Source: Octopus sinensis (taxonomy: Eukaryota). From it: a DNA stretch of 64,000 nt. The position numbers were made by a program, and so were the translations under genes. Location: NCBI RefSeq assembly GCF_006345805.1, contig NC_042999.1, positions 142,352,001 to 142,416,000 of the forward strand, given 5' to 3'. A model generated the notes under the pieces. The model was not told the DNA's origin. It saw only the letters and a program-made list of their open reading frames with translations, and did no database searches. This document shows, piece by piece, positions 62,726 to 64,000 of this stretch (position 1 is the first letter of the stretch; the number at the start of each line of letters is the position of its first letter).

Positions 62726-64000
62726 TTTACATTTCACGAAATGTCGCTGATGAATTACTTTGGGAGAGGCACTATTATAACAAATCGCCTCTCTGTTGAT
62801 ATCTCAAACAAAAAGTTCGTCGATAGAAAAACAACTTAGCTTTAAAAATAACTCAAAATAAAATAGTTGTGCTGATAACATCGTTGATAACGATTTACTA
62901 TATAGGCATAAGATTTAGGGTGAGATGAATGAAATGCAAATAATGCCAAAAATCATAATAGTCGAAGAGAAACATTGGTAGTGAATGGTATTTATGTAAT
63001 TATCTTGAGAAATGAAAAACAAATTTGGCCTCGGTGACATCTGAACCGAGAAACCTATGATACTGAAAGAGAAACTGTTAAAGGATTTATTCCAGGTCGA
63101 AGTTATTTCATTATATAGACATGCAGTTTGAAAATTTTAAGAAGGTTTGACGTTCGTGTATTTCCCAAGAGTATTAGTGACGAAGTTGGAAGTTATAACA
63201 TGACATAAAAGAGACTTAAGCATTTTGGTTGGCATGGGGTGTTGTTGATTTAATCGCTTTATATCGATCCCTTTCTTCGATGAGATAGATATTTCGTACT
63301 GATATATTTTAGTCGACTGAAACTATTCCATTGTACATTCTTTCTGTTTAAGTACTATTTGTCTAATATTTACACGAGTGCGCGTGTGTATACATAACTA
63401 TCACCATAACAAAGAAAAAATAACGAATTAACACAGAAAGCCTCAATGATTATAATCTGAAGTCGGTATATCATTACTGATTAGTTAGAAAACAATTTAT
63501 GGAAAAGAGAACCCATTAATTCTTTACTACTTTTCGTTATAGAATTCCAGGCATTGAGTGTATGTTTCAAGGAGTACTTACACGCGCACAAACACATACA
63601 CGCGGGAGTGTACACACACACACACAGTTGTGGACAGATGCATTAAAACTAGTCACGAAATAAATATAGCTTCATCAAGTATCCAGTGCTATATTTTGTA
63701 TCAGTAAGCAAGCTTTGTACTCGCGATTAAAACTAAGGCATTATAAGCATGCATGCATATTCATACACACACATATGCTGCATACATCTGTCTATGAGCT
63801 TTCGATACTATAAGCAAAACACACTAATAATTGACAAGATTTTCTAATTAGAAAGGCGCCCTACATTTGCGATCTCTCGATGCGACGATATTAAATTTAA
63901 CTTATTGCAAATTTTTTAATGGGTAAACAAAAAATAGGGTCTGATCATCACTACTTCTCATTCCTTTCCCGCCCTCTAAATATCTCGAGTTTCATACCTG

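Overview
AT-rich, repeat-dense animal genomic DNA. The SINE/RTE repeat families, microsatellites and intron sizes suggest a coleoid cephalopod such as Octopus (inference, not tested). Three spliced protein-coding genes could be rebuilt by hand from GT-AG junctions with consistent phases. (1) SLC30A6/ZnT6 on the minus strand: 13 coding exons, 5390-21350, 407 aa. (2) An intron-containing YeeE/YedE (TsuA-like, Sulf_transp) family membrane protein on the plus strand: 9 exons, 21622-46351, 355 aa, starting only 271 bp from the ZnT6 ATG, head to head. (3) A GPATCH2/GPATCH2L-like gene on the minus strand: 6 coding exons, 51645-61016, whose C-terminal G-patch appears degenerate. The introns hold a 1.78-kb foldback element (about 600-bp arms, 8-bp target-site duplication), a near-intact IR/DR Tc1 element with one frameshift, a deleted mariner, CR1 and RTE relics, many SINEs and several tandem duplications. 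The strongest candidate for an undescribed system is the animal YeeE/TsuA-like sulfur-compound transporter sharing a compact bidirectional promoter with the Golgi zinc-transporter subunit ZnT6. All homology calls come from motif recall, not from database searches.
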